Translations under genes and position numbers: made by a program
Notes under the pieces: generated by a model
What the model saw: only the letters and a program-made list of their open reading frames with translations
What the model was told of the DNA's origin: nothing
The model's database searches: none
Part shown: piece by piece, positions 19,562-29,980 of the stretch
How positions within the stretch are numbered: the first letter of the stretch is position 1
How the letters are laid out: every line of letters begins with the position of its first letter
Origin: Microcoleus sp.
Lineage (GTDB): Bacteria > Cyanobacteriota > Cyanobacteriia > Cyanobacteriales > Microcoleaceae
Assembly (NCBI GenBank): GCA_042408215.1
Contig: JAYFMW010000005.1
Location: 1 to 64,000 of the forward strand
Length of the DNA: 64,000 nucleotides
Direction: 5' to 3'

Positions 19562-21307
19562 TTGTTCGCCATGCTGATAGCAAAGTTGCACAAATTCCTG
19601 ACTACGACTGTCGATCGAAAATCCCGATCGCACACAATATTTTGGTTGACTTTAAGCTTGACATTTGCCGCCATGTATGCTATTTTAGGGATGAAGCAAG
19701 CCTTTAGTGGCCAGTATATCGTGCAAGACGATGCCAGACAGCACGTTTTCTGGATGGTGCGATTTGTCGATCGAGAATTGTTTCCCAAGGATTTCATCGC
19801 TAATTATTTTCAATCTATCGCCCCCGCAGGCTACAGCACACTCTACAAAATAGCAGCAACAATTGGCATTCACCCGCTATTATTTCACAAAATATTGCCG
19901 CTATTTCTGGGGTTAATCTCCACTTATTACTGTTTTGGCATTGGCCTAGAAATATTCCCAGTACCCATGACCGGATTTATTGCATCCTTGTTGTTAAATC
20001 AACATATGTGGATGACAGACGATTTGGCTTCCGCAACGGCAAGAGCCTTTATCTATCCGATATTTCTAGCTTTTTTATATTATTTATTGCGACGTTTCCT
20101 GCTGCCTTGTTTGAGCGCGATCGCCCTAATTGGACTATTTTATCCTCCTTACGCATTGGTGGCGGCCGGAGTATTGATTTTGCGGCTGCTCAACTGGGAA
20201 AATGGCCGTTTGTGCTTGTCGCGCGATCGCACTAATTACCTATTTTGCAGTGCTGGTTTGGGAGTTGCTTTTTTAGTAATGCTCCCCTACGCCTTAGATA
20301 AATCTGAATTTGGCCCAACTTATACAGCAGCAGAAGCTAAAAAAATGGGAGAATTTGCGGCAGGCAGAAGAAATGCTTTTTTTCATCCAAATCCCCAAGA
20401 TTATTGGCTGAATGGCAAGGGTAGCGGGATGTTTCCCAAGTCGCTATTTACGCCTGTAACTCACTGTGCTGGATTGTTATTGCCACTGCTATTGGTGTTG
20501 CGATCGACATTTCCTTTAGCCAAACAGATTCAAAGCAGCATCTGGCTTTTACTTCAGCTATTTTTAGCATCTTTAGCAATGTTTCTTTCAGCTCACGCTA
20601 CCCTGTTTAAATTATATCAACCAGGGCGTTATACGGCTTACAGTTTGCGATTTATTGTGGTTTTTTGCAGTGCGATCGCCCTAACTTTAATTATAGATGC
20701 AGTCTGTTTGTGGGCATCTACCGCACAAACAAACTGGGATTTAAAAAGTATATTTGCAATAATCACAACAGCGATAATTGCTGTGGCAGTTGTCCTTTAT
20801 CCCTGCTTTGTCGAAAAATTTCCCACAGTAGGCTATGTAGAGGGTACAAAGCCCGAATTGTACAAGTTTTTTCAGCAGCAACCTAAAGATATTCTCATCG
20901 CTTCGATAGCGCCAGAGGCGGACAATCTGCCAACTTTTAGTCAGCGCTCTGTTTTGGTAGGAAGAGAATATGCAGTGCCTTATCATAAAGGCTATTACAG
21001 CCGATTTCGAGAACGAGTTAGCGATTTAATTCGCGCCCAGTATACTCCCGATCGAGCCGTATTGCAAAACTTCATTAAAACCTACGGAGTTGATTTTTGG
21101 ATGCTCGAACGCAATGCTTTGACTCTTCAGTATGTAGAGGATTACGGCTGGATAGATAACTTTGATTCTACACCGGAGGCGATCGCATCTCTCAAGCAAG
21201 GGAAAATTCCTGTTTTAGCTCAAGCAATGACAAGTTGTGCTGTTTTTCAGAAGGAAAATTTAGTGGTTTTGGAAGTATCTTGCATTGGGAAATTAGCTGT
21301 GAGTTAA
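19562..21307 (+). CDS. Polytopic membrane protein, possibly a GT-C-type glycosyltransferase
   Basis: QDDARQHVFW acidic loop after the first TM helix; many TM segments; soluble C-terminal domain. Confidence 0.6.
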   Translation: MFAMLIAKLHKFLTTTVDRKSRSHTIFWLTLSLTFAAMYAILGMKQAFSGQYIVQDDARQHVFWMVRFVDRELFPKDFIANYFQSIAPAGYSTLYKIAATIGIHPLLFHKILPLFLGLISTYYCFGIGLEIFPVPMTGFIASLLLNQHMWMTDDLASATARAFIYPIFLAFLYYLLRRFLLPCLSAIALIGLFYPPYALVAAGVLILRLLNWENGRLCLSRDRTNYLFCSAGLGVAFLVMLPYALDKSEFGPTYTAAEAKKMGEFAAGRRNAFFHPNPQDYWLNGKGSGMFPKSLFTPVTHCAGLLLPLLLVLRSTFPLAKQIQSSIWLLLQLFLASLAMFLSAHATLFKLYQPGRYTAYSLRFIVVFCSAIALTLIIDAVCLWASTAQTNWDLKSIFAIITTAIIAVAVVLYPCFVEKFPTVGYVEGTKPELYKFFQQQPKDILIASIAPEADNLPTFSQRSVLVGREYAVPYHKGYYSRFRERVSDLIRAQYTPDRAVLQNFIKTYGVDFWMLERNALTLQYVEDYGWIDNFDSTPEAIASLKQGKIPVLAQAMTSCAVFQKENLVVLEVSCIGKLAVS

Positions 21308-21448
21308 GGCGAGGCAGAGCCAAAGCATCTGGGTTACTAGTAAGAGCCTTGGAACCAGAAAAAAAGTCAATATATATTTTAAAATATATGATTTTTTAGC
21401 TACAAATGAATGTAAACTTATTAAAGAGAGCGTATTTTATTATCGATA

Positions 21449-22663
21449 ATGCTAGGACTTAGACCAGAAACAAAAAATATAAAATTACCTACTGTCCTCG
21501 ATATTTTTTGCGGTGCAGGTGGGATGAGCTTAGGTTGTCAGAATGCTGGCTGTGAAATTTTAGGGGGAATTGATAAAAATCCTCATGCTATCAGAACGCA
21601 TCATAGAAACTTTCCTAACTGTAAACTGATGCGTGATGCTCAGTCTATCGAATCTATTACTGATTTGAGTAAGCTGGAGTTGGAGCCGGGAGAAATTGAT
21701 ATTTTAATTGGGGGGCCACCCTGCCAAGTATTTTCAGTAGTAGGAAAGGGTAAAATGAAGTCTTTAGGAAAACATATCGAAAGTGACGCTAGGAATTTTT
21801 TATATGAAGAATTTATTAGAGTTCTTCAATATTATAAGCCTCTATTTTTTGTCATTGAAAACGTCAATTATCTCCTCAATCACTGGATTTTTCCTACTTT
21901 GACAAAAGATTTAGAAAATGGATTTATTACAAAAAGCGATGATTATCCAGGCTACGATCTTAGCTATCAAATTCTAACCGCTTCTGATTACGGTGTTCCT
22001 CAAATCCGCAAACGCTTATTCATTGTTGGTAGGCGTAAAGATACGAATCTAACTTTCGAGTTTCCAGATGCGACTACAGGTTCTCCTGTTTCTGTAGGGG
22101 AAGCAATTGGAGATTTACCAGAATTAGAGCCTGTAAGTCTACCTTTGAAGAGAAAAAGCACTGCACCAAAGCAAATCGACTCTCCTAAAGTTTACAAGTT
22201 TTCGCCTAAATCAGACTATCAAAAGCTTATGAGAATTAAATCTTATGATACGGTAATGAATCATATGTGTCGCTCCCATAATGATAAAGATTTGCATATT
22301 TTTAGCATCATGCCTCAAGGGGGTATATATAAAAATATCCCTGATGAGTTAAAACGCTACAGCGAGCGGAGTTTTGAGGATAAGTATAAACGCTTACACT
22401 GGGATAAACCCTCATGGACACTAACGGCACATATGCAGAAAGATTGTTTGGCCTATATCCATCCAACACAAACTAGAAGTATATCTGTAAGAGAGGCTGC
22501 TAGACTTCAAAGTTTCCCAGATCATTTTGTATTTGATGCACCTATGACGAGAATGTTTGAGCTAGTTGGGAATTCCGTACCCCCTCTTTTAGCTGAAGCG
22601 ATCGCCAGACCAATTGTAAAACAAGTACAAGCCTACTACCAAGCTCAGTCTGAAAGGGGTTAA
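21449..22663 (+). CDS. DNA (cytosine-5)-methyltransferase
   Basis: Motif I FCGAGG, IV PPCQ, VI ENV, VIII QIRKR, X GNSV. Confidence 0.95.
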   Translation: MLGLRPETKNIKLPTVLDIFCGAGGMSLGCQNAGCEILGGIDKNPHAIRTHHRNFPNCKLMRDAQSIESITDLSKLELEPGEIDILIGGPPCQVFSVVGKGKMKSLGKHIESDARNFLYEEFIRVLQYYKPLFFVIENVNYLLNHWIFPTLTKDLENGFITKSDDYPGYDLSYQILTASDYGVPQIRKRLFIVGRRKDTNLTFEFPDATTGSPVSVGEAIGDLPELEPVSLPLKRKSTAPKQIDSPKVYKFSPKSDYQKLMRIKSYDTVMNHMCRSHNDKDLHIFSIMPQGGIYKNIPDELKRYSERSFEDKYKRLHWDKPSWTLTAHMQKDCLAYIHPTQTRSISVREAARLQSFPDHFVFDAPMTRMFELVGNSVPPLLAEAIARPIVKQVQAYYQAQSERG

Positions 22664-22732
22664 CCTATCTTCAGGTAGACCTCAAGTGCATTTCACAACT
22701 AAAAGCAGAAAAATAAATGGAGAACACCTAAA

Positions 22733-25507
22733 ATGAACGATTATGAGATGGCTCGCCAGCTAACCCAAGTTTACTTGAAAAGTGAACAGACACCCACCCG
22801 ACAAATCATTCAGGAAAAAGTTAGATCTGTTCTCACCATGCTCAGTAAAGATCATGGTCGTACCTTTGAGGTAGATGAGGAAAAACTTGTCCGGGAACTC
22901 GAAAGTCTTTTCAACATCAGGATGGGTCTAGGTACTGTACTAGAAAATAAAGAGGGTCACATCCCTTGGCTGGCTGACCGCAACAGTGAAATCAATTGGG
23001 ATTTTTGGAACCGTTATGTACGTTATTTGGAGGAAGAAAAGGGCTGGGCACCAGCGACTACCAAAGGTTTAGACCAGTTGACAGACTCCATTCTTGAACG
23101 CCTAGAGTACCCCCTGCGTTCAGGAGATTGGGATCGGAGAGGAATGGTTGTTGGACAGGTTCAGTCTGGAAAAACAGCAAACTATACTGCTCTGATCTGC
23201 AAGGCGGTTGATGCAGGATATAAATTGATTATTGTGCTTGCTGGTATCCAGAACAGCTTGCGGAGCCAGACGCAAATTCGTTTAGATGAAGGTTTTCTCG
23301 GACGCGATTCACAGGTTAACAGAGCTTTCGATAGAGGGCAGAATTCCTTGATGGGTGCGGGAAAAATCCTTACTGAAAAGTTGCTGATTGCTCATTCGGC
23401 TACAAGCAGTGCTGAGAAAGGTGATTTTAACCAGCGGGTAGCAAATCAGAATGGAACGATCCCAGGCGGTGCAGATCCAGTTCTGCTTGTTGTTAAAAAG
23501 AACAAATCTGTACTGACTAATCTTCTGAAATGGGCATTAAACGTTCGCGGGATTGTGAATGAAGAATCAGGAAAACGAATTGTCAGAATAGTTCCGTTAC
23601 TCGTCATTGATGACGAGGCCGACAATGCCTCGATCAACACAAATCCCCCACTATTCGATGAAAATGGCAAAGTTCAGGAAGAGTATGATGTTTCAGCAAT
23701 CAATGGATTAATCAGGAAGCTCCTTTACAGTTTTGAAAAAAGTGCTTATGTGGGTTACACAGCGACACCATTTGCTAACATCTTCATCTATCCAGACCCA
23801 GATAAAAAAAATCCCGAATTTGGAGACGATCTCTTTCCACGTAGTTTTATTATCAACCTACCTGCACCATCAAACTACATCGGCCCAGTGCAGATATTTG
23901 GACTGGACACCGACCCAGCTATTGGTCTTGAAGCATCAGAAGCTTTGCCTATCATCCGAACAGTGGAAGACCAAAAAGAATGGATGCCGGACAAACACAA
24001 AAGAGGTCACGTTCCGGGTGAACTTCCAGGGTCTCTAAAGGAGGCAATTAGGGCGTTTATTCTTTGTTGCGCTGCAAGAATTGTGCGAGGACAGGAGAAC
24101 GAACACAACTCAATGCTAGTTCATGTCGCCCGTTTTACGGCTGTTCAATCCGAGGTAGCAAAGCAAGTCAAAGACGAGTTGACTTCCCTAAAACAACGAC
24201 TGCGATCTGGCGATGGCAAAGCAACAGGCAAGCTAGAGGAAGAATTTGAGCAGCTATGGAAAGATGATTTTGTGCCAACGACTTCATCCATACTTTCATC
24301 TATAGCTGATCCACAACTTACGCCAGTTTCTTGGGAAGAAATCCGACCTTTACTGCATCATGCTGCCTCTAAGATTCAGGTCAAGAAAATCAACGGCACA
24401 GCTAAGGATGTACTGGACTACTGGGAACACAAAAATGGGTTAAGCGTGATTGCGATCGGCGGTGATAAATTGTCTCGTGGTCTAACCTTGGAAGGTCTGA
24501 GCGTCAGCTATTATCTTCGAGCCTCAAAGATGTACGACACCCTGATGCAGATGGGTCGATGGTTTGGATACAGACCGGGATATATCGATCTTTGCCGATT
24601 GTACACAACTGATGAGCTAATTGAATGGTACGAACACATCACTGTTGCCAGTGAGGAACTCCGGCAGGAGTTTGACTATATGGCTGATGCCGGAGCGACA
24701 CCTGATGAATTCGGTTTAAAAGTTCGCACGCACCCGCAGGATTTGGTAATTACTGGGGCGAATAAGATGAAGACTGGTACTGTCATGCGGCTGTCTTATA
24801 CCAGAACCCTCAGTGAGACCACAATTTTACACAAAGATGAGAATATAAATCTGAAAAATCTTGAGGTCACAGAAGAACTACTGAGAAGCCTTGGCTCATA
24901 TACCAAACAAGAAAATCGTAACTATATCTGGGCGAAGGTTTCTCCTGACAAAGTCACTTATTTTCTGTCAGGTTATCAATCTCACGATAATTGTAAACTG
25001 GCAAATACTTCACTACTCGTCAAATACATCAAGGCTCAACTCCCGCATGAACTTACCTCTTGGACTGTCGTCCTTATATCAAGTAATCGAGCCAAAAATA
25101 AGAGAAATATTGCCGGAAATGAGGTTGGTTTAACTTTGCGTAAGGATGCCTCTCCTGAATCTTCTCTGGAATATCGACTCATCAAATCTCGCCTCCTGAG
25201 TCCAACCGATGAATGGATCGATCTCTCTGAAGAAACTCGTAACGAAATTCTCGAAATTACCGGGCGGCGGCGAGCAGAAACTGGTAAACCACCAAGTTCC
25301 AGTAATACGCCTGATGGAAAAATTCTGCGTTCCAAGCGTTCACCAAAGAACGGTTTACTGCTGCTTTATCCACTAGATCCACAAGAAATCAATTCGGAAA
25401 TTCCTGTCATGGGTTTTGTGATAAGTTTCCCCGATAGCAAGACAGCCCAGATGGTCGAATATAAGGTTAATAATGTTTACTGGCAAGAGGAGTTCGGTCA
25501 GCCATGA
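22733..25507 (+). CDS. Z1-domain SF2 helicase/endonuclease-associated protein (MzaC-like)
   Basis: GQVQSGKT, IDDEAD, GYTATP, LSRGLTLEGL and DTLMQMGRWFGYR motifs. Confidence 0.9.
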   Translation: MNDYEMARQLTQVYLKSEQTPTRQIIQEKVRSVLTMLSKDHGRTFEVDEEKLVRELESLFNIRMGLGTVLENKEGHIPWLADRNSEINWDFWNRYVRYLEEEKGWAPATTKGLDQLTDSILERLEYPLRSGDWDRRGMVVGQVQSGKTANYTALICKAVDAGYKLIIVLAGIQNSLRSQTQIRLDEGFLGRDSQVNRAFDRGQNSLMGAGKILTEKLLIAHSATSSAEKGDFNQRVANQNGTIPGGADPVLLVVKKNKSVLTNLLKWALNVRGIVNEESGKRIVRIVPLLVIDDEADNASINTNPPLFDENGKVQEEYDVSAINGLIRKLLYSFEKSAYVGYTATPFANIFIYPDPDKKNPEFGDDLFPRSFIINLPAPSNYIGPVQIFGLDTDPAIGLEASEALPIIRTVEDQKEWMPDKHKRGHVPGELPGSLKEAIRAFILCCAARIVRGQENEHNSMLVHVARFTAVQSEVAKQVKDELTSLKQRLRSGDGKATGKLEEEFEQLWKDDFVPTTSSILSSIADPQLTPVSWEEIRPLLHHAASKIQVKKINGTAKDVLDYWEHKNGLSVIAIGGDKLSRGLTLEGLSVSYYLRASKMYDTLMQMGRWFGYRPGYIDLCRLYTTDELIEWYEHITVASEELRQEFDYMADAGATPDEFGLKVRTHPQDLVITGANKMKTGTVMRLSYTRTLSETTILHKDENINLKNLEVTEELLRSLGSYTKQENRNYIWAKVSPDKVTYFLSGYQSHDNCKLANTSLLVKYIKAQLPHELTSWTVVLISSNRAKNKRNIAGNEVGLTLRKDASPESSLEYRLIKSRLLSPTDEWIDLSEETRNEILEITGRRRAETGKPPSSSNTPDGKILRSKRSPKNGLLLLYPLDPQEINSEIPVMGFVISFPDSKTAQMVEYKVNNVYWQEEFGQP

Positions 25508-26514
25508 TGGTGCAAAATAGCTGGAAACTACTGGAGGAAGATACTACAAGTGTACCTTCTGGCTATATCATTCGCCGCCTATTACCAGAGGCTACATACG
25601 ACGTTTATCTCGCTATTGAAAGACCTTCTAATGTGCGTTTGCTGATGATGCGGGTGAAGCACAAATCAATCGGGAAAGCCGCTGTTTTTCCTAATTCCAA
25701 CTGCTTTGAGGTTAGGCGTGTAGCCCTGCAAGGTGATGATGATGTTCATGTCACCCTGCAACTGGTACTTATTAACTCGCGTTACAGCGATATCTTTACA
25801 ACATTAGTACAGGACATTGTTGATGCAATTGCCCCGATTGCGGATGAGCAAAACGCTGTAGGGGCTTTCTTTACCCGTCTGCGGCGATGGCAAGCATTCT
25901 TAGAAAAACATAACGCCGAAGGACTGAGCCAAGCGGAACAGCAAGGATTATATGGTGAACTCTGGTTTCTGCGGCAGATTGTTATTCCTCAACTTGGCTC
26001 TCACCAAGGAGTCAAATGCTGGACAGGTGCAAAAGGAACTCAACAAGATTTCCAGTTTCAACACTGTGCTGTTGAAGTCAAAACTACTACAGCTAAACAG
26101 CATCAGAAACTAACGATCTCCAGTGAACGGCAACTAGATGATACTGGCACTGGCGCACTGATTTTACTACACCTATCCCTTGATGCTAGACAAGAACGAG
26201 GTGAATCTCTACCGGATATGGTCGCCAGTCTTAGGTCACTTCTCGACAACGACCCTATAGCCAAAGAAGAATTAGAAATACTTCTTTTTGAAGTTGGCTA
26301 TCTGGATATACATACTCCCTACTATGAACAAATTGGCTATACCCCACGAGAAGTTAACTATTTCAAAGTCGAGGGAGATTTTCCCAGAATTATTGAAACG
26401 GATATCCGAAATGGGGTTGGCGATGTTCGCTACACCATCAGCGTTGCCGAGTGCAGACGCTTTTCAATATCAGAATTAGATGTAATTTCTGTAATTAGCG
26501 GCAGCCATGAGTGA
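25504..26514 (+). CDS. PD-(D/E)XK nuclease-like protein (DUF4420/MzaD-like)
   Basis: QQGLYGELWFL...QDF...VEVKTT...ISSERQLD; ATGA overlap with the Z1 gene. Confidence 0.85.
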   Translation: MMVQNSWKLLEEDTTSVPSGYIIRRLLPEATYDVYLAIERPSNVRLLMMRVKHKSIGKAAVFPNSNCFEVRRVALQGDDDVHVTLQLVLINSRYSDIFTTLVQDIVDAIAPIADEQNAVGAFFTRLRRWQAFLEKHNAEGLSQAEQQGLYGELWFLRQIVIPQLGSHQGVKCWTGAKGTQQDFQFQHCAVEVKTTTAKQHQKLTISSERQLDDTGTGALILLHLSLDARQERGESLPDMVASLRSLLDNDPIAKEELEILLFEVGYLDIHTPYYEQIGYTPREVNYFKVEGDFPRIIETDIRNGVGDVRYTISVAECRRFSISELDVISVISGSHE

Positions 26515-26551
26515 ACAAGCCAAATTAATTCAGTTGCACAATACGCTATAA
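26507..26551 (+). pseudogene. 14-codon stub at the position where an AIPR gene is expected
   Basis: ATG overlaps the DUF4420-like stop (MSEQAKLIQLHNTL*); identity inferred from synteny only. Confidence 0.35.
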
Positions 26552-26579
26552 TTCCCATAGGAGATAATGGTGTAGCTCA

Positions 26580-26740
26580 ATGACACAAGTTCTCGATCGC
26601 GAAATTCTCGATGGGCGAGTGGTGCGGGGCGGCACCTGGGAACAATTCGAGTTAATCCAGAAAGCTTCGGAAGATTCCCCTGGCATAAAGTTGTCTTTCT
26701 TTGCAGGTGCGATCGAAATTATAAGGCATTAGGTTTTACC
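26580..26740 (+). pseudogene. Uma2-family endonuclease, 5' fragment (internal deletion; split by IS607)
   Basis: MTQVLDREI...GTWEQFELIQK...IKLSFFAGAIEI followed by GIRFY. Confidence 0.75.
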
Positions 26741-26884
26741 GCTCTATAAGACTTAGACAAAGTTAGACACCGTTAGATGTTTTTACTCTGATGCTTATTT
26801 CCTGTTTCAGCGTAGTCTCAGAATGACTTCTGAGGGTTTGTCTACTCCACAGGCAATCTCGGTAGAGCTTACCGTTTGATTCAT

Positions 26885-28012
26885 TCAATCTGAGCGAATC
26901 GGAACGTGAATTCCTTCAAACCATCGCTCGATATTTTTAGCAGCATTCAAGTCTCTGTCTTCTGTGTGACCGCAATCAGGACACACATAAACTCGATTCT
27001 TTAATGGCATTTTGTGGCGGTGATTTCCACAATTTGAGCAAATCTGAGAACTCGGAAAAAAGCGGTCAACTAGAATCAACTGACTAGAAAACTTTTCAGT
27101 TTTGTATTCTAGTTGTCGCTGAAATTCGTACATTCCACAATCTGCAATTGCACCCGCCAATTTGTGATTTTTCAAAAATGCTTTGACATTCAAGTCCTCA
27201 ATTTTAATCACGCTGTGGTTTTTAGCGAGATAATTAGTGAGTTTGTGAATAGCATCTTTGCGGATGAATGAGATGCGAGAATGCAGCTTTGCTAACTTTC
27301 TAACGGCTTTAGTCCGGTTCTTTGAGCCTTTAGCTTTGCGACTGACAGAACGCTGCAATCGCTTCATTTTTTTACTCATTTTGCGGTCAGCTTTAGGGTT
27401 GGCAAAAACCTTCCCGTCACTGGTAATAGCCAATTCCTTGATACCAATATCAACGCCAACAGAGGGGCGATTTAGTGGTGTTGGAGGCTGTTCAATCTCA
27501 TACTTGATAGCTATAAACCATTGCTCAGCAGTGCGACTAATTACGCAGTTATGGGTAGATGTGATAGGTAAAGTTTCGTGCAGTATAACCCAACCAATTT
27601 TAGGGAGTTTGACACGCTTACCATCATTGCTAATGCCAGGTTTTGCTTTAGTACCTTGTTCAAGATAAAAACTGTCTTTTGACTTGCCTTTTTTCTTGAA
27701 CTTAGGCTGTTTGGAGACTTTTTTGAAACATCTATCCCATGCCGTCCTTACCTCTGCTAAAGCTTGTTGTGGACTTGCTTTAGAGCTTTGATAGTACCAG
27801 GGATTAACTGGTTTAATCTCAGCGACTAGACGTTTGTGCAAGTCAATAGCAGAGGGGATTTTGATTGCTTTGTCAGTCTCTCTAAGTTGTAAAGCTTCCT
27901 GAATAACAGCATTGCCAAAATTGTAAGCGTGTCTGGCTACTCCACAGTGTTGACGGAATAGAGTCACCTGTCTGTTATTAGGTTTTAATTCCGTCTTGAA
28001 ACTGAGTAGCAT
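26885..28012 (-). CDS. tnpB: RNA-guided endonuclease TnpB
   Basis: RuvC residues in GVDIG, IEDL and DRDLNAA intact; CxxC...CxxC zinc ribbon. Confidence 0.95.
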   Translation of the reverse strand: MLLSFKTELKPNNRQVTLFRQHCGVARHAYNFGNAVIQEALQLRETDKAIKIPSAIDLHKRLVAEIKPVNPWYYQSSKASPQQALAEVRTAWDRCFKKVSKQPKFKKKGKSKDSFYLEQGTKAKPGISNDGKRVKLPKIGWVILHETLPITSTHNCVISRTAEQWFIAIKYEIEQPPTPLNRPSVGVDIGIKELAITSDGKVFANPKADRKMSKKMKRLQRSVSRKAKGSKNRTKAVRKLAKLHSRISFIRKDAIHKLTNYLAKNHSVIKIEDLNVKAFLKNHKLAGAIADCGMYEFQRQLEYKTEKFSSQLILVDRFFPSSQICSNCGNHRHKMPLKNRVYVCPDCGHTEDRDLNAAKNIERWFEGIHVPIRSD

Positions 28013-28683
28013 TATTTTACAGCCTCCACTGCTTTAGCTATACCATCAATCAGTTTTTGGTTTTTGTGGCTTCTAGCTCCGTAAAGTCTAGCGCTAAAGA
28101 CTTGAATTAATTCAATCATGTCTTGAACTAATTCCTGTTCAAAACTCAACTCATCCGGTGATTTGTTGACAATTACTACCTCGCATTCAAACTCTTCACA
28201 CATCGCAAAAACCAATTCAGAACCAAATCTAAGAAGCCGATCTTTGTGAGTGATGACAAGTCTACCAACTTCACCGGACATGATTCGTTTGAGTAGTTTT
28301 GTTAGTCCCTTTTTCTTGTAATTAAGTCCAGAACCTAAGTCTTGAATTGTCTCAAATTGCCAGCCATTAGCAGCACTAAACGATTCCAAGACAGCAGCCT
28401 GACGCTTCAAATCTTCTTTTTGGTCGTGACTAGAAACTCTGGCATAGTTGATAGTGATTCGCTCATCTGTCTGATTCAAATCTCTGGGAATGATTCGCTT
28501 GATATCGGCAAGGTAGAATCGTCTTTGTCCAGTGGGAGAGCGTTCAAACCTAATCTTGTCTGCATCAGTCCAGCGTCTCAGTGTCTTTGTCGAAATACCA
28601 AGCTCTTTGGCGGCTTCTCCGATTGAAAGGGTCACTTCTGATTGAGTCTCCAAGAGTTGCTTACCTCTAATACTACAACTCAA
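28012..28683 (-). CDS. tnpA: IS607 transposase (MerR-like HTH plus serine recombinase)
   Basis: IGEAAKELG HTH; YARVSS catalytic motif; DLGSGLN and HKDRLLRFG; start may be about 28653. Confidence 0.95.
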   Translation of the reverse strand: MSCSIRGKQLLETQSEVTLSIGEAAKELGISTKTLRRWTDADKIRFERSPTGQRRFYLADIKRIIPRDLNQTDERITINYARVSSHDQKEDLKRQAAVLESFSAANGWQFETIQDLGSGLNYKKKGLTKLLKRIMSGEVGRLVITHKDRLLRFGSELVFAMCEEFECEVVIVNKSPDELSFEQELVQDMIELIQVFSARLYGARSHKNQKLIDGIAKAVEAVK

Positions 28684-28745
28684 TAGTTACCCAATCCGGG
28701 AAGAATGTCAATAGGTGTCTGCCACAAATCTTTCAGCCCCCTACC

Positions 28746-28908
28746 CTTCTGGTTCCATGACGCAGGAGAAAACGGGAGAAGTTTCCACCCAAGCCGACAA
28801 ATCGTTTTGTTTGGGACAACCTAAGTTGATTCCCGATTTGTCGATCGAGGTCGTTTATACTAGCGGTGGACTGAGCAAGTTGCCCAAATATCGGGCTTTG
28901 GGCGTTTA
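28746..28908 (+). pseudogene. Uma2-family endonuclease, middle fragment
   Basis: SGSMTQEK...QADKSFC...PDLSIEVVYTSG...KYRALGV; C-terminus missing. Confidence 0.75.
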
Positions 28909-29111
28909 TAGCGATCGAGCTCGCTATCCCCAGTTATGCCACCGACGAGATGGCAACGGCAACAGAGCGCAAAATGGTGGTAAACTATCCCTGGGGCGAT
29001 CGGCTTTCTCCAGCCCGCGACATCACCCGCGGCGAGATATGCGCTCTCATCTACCAAACTCTAGTAGCAACAAACCAGACCGAGCCAATTAACTCTCCTT
29101 ACATCGTCTAG
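28895..29111 (+). pseudogene. C-terminal fragment of an S-layer homology (SLH) domain protein
   Basis: IPSYATDEMATATERKMVVNYP...RDITRGEICALIYQTLV...NSPYIV* in a shifted frame. Confidence 0.65.
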
Positions 29112-29469
29112 GAGACAGCGAAGACAAGGAATCCACCCATCTTCCCCTCCCCTTGTCTCCCCCACATTGGTGTCAACTTAAGCGTCCAGTCCTCTATAAA
29201 TCTAGCTTACAGTCAGCGTCTCGATCGCCCTCGCATCCCCCTTCTCAAGGGAGTAGGGTGTGAGTAGGGGTTGACTTTGAGTGCTCCGGTTCCCCCCGAT
29301 GTTTTGGGAGTAGGGGGTGAGTAGGGGGTGAGTAGGGGGCAAGAATGCGGGGGGAGCGATCGGACTGTGGACTCAGATAGTAGACTGGTAATAAGTTTAT
29401 CGATTTGCGAGTACCCGAATCGTTTTATGATTAAAAATTAAGCAATCTTTAAGGTTAGAGTGTCAAATT

Positions 29470-29802
29470 ATGGCTAAAATTCAATTTTCCCGTGGTACTG
29501 ACGAAGATTCCGTGCCCGAAGTGCGCCTAACCCGTTCTAAAACGGGAACTCAAGGCACTGCCACCTTTATCTTTGAAAATCCCAAATCTCTCACTACCAG
29601 TACAGAAGAAATCACTGGAATGTACATGATTGACGAAGAAGGTGAAATCATAACTCGCGAGGTTAAGGCTAAATTCATCAATGGTCAACCTGCTGGTTTG
29701 GAAGCTCTTTACCTAATGAGAAGTACCGAAGAATGGGAGCGCTTTATGCGTTTTATGGAACGCTACTCTGAAGCAAATGGCTTAGGATTTAGCAAGTCAT
29801 AA
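29470..29802 (+). CDS. psb28: Photosystem II reaction center protein Psb28
   Basis: MAKIQFSRG...VRLTRS...[12 protein letters not shown]...[11 protein letters not shown]. Confidence 0.96.
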   Translation: MAKIQFSRGTDEDSVPEVRLTRSKTGTQGTATFIFENPKSLTTSTEEITGMYMIDEEGEIITREVKAKFINGQPAGLEALYLMRSTEEWERFMRFMERYSEANGLGFSKS

Positions 29803-29807
29803 TTCCT

Positions 29808-29970
29808 AGGGCATAGGGCATAGGGCATAGGGCATAGGTTATTGGTTATTGGTTATTGGTTATTGGTTATTGGTTATTGGTTATTAGAACGAACAACCAA
29901 CAAATAACAACCAACTACCAACAACCAACAACCAACAAATAACAAATAACTAATAACTAATAACTAATAA
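29808..29970. repeat. Heptamer tracts (GGGCATA)n, (GGTTATT)n, (AACAACC/AATAACT)n
   Basis: Visible tandem heptamers. Confidence 0.85.
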
Positions 29971-29980
29971 CTTATTCTAT

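Larger units (their letters stand above)
26741..28745 (-). mobile_element. IS607-family element (serine recombinase plus TnpB), apparently complete
   Basis: Removing 26741-28745 restores in-frame Uma2 GIRFYPSGSMTQE; CC/GG core at both junctions; AGACA motifs near both ends. Confidence 0.88.

Noticed and set aside
28715..29092. 125-aa ORF as a real gene
   Set aside because: It starts inside the IS607 end and spans the Uma2 and SLH fragments, the latter mostly out of frame.
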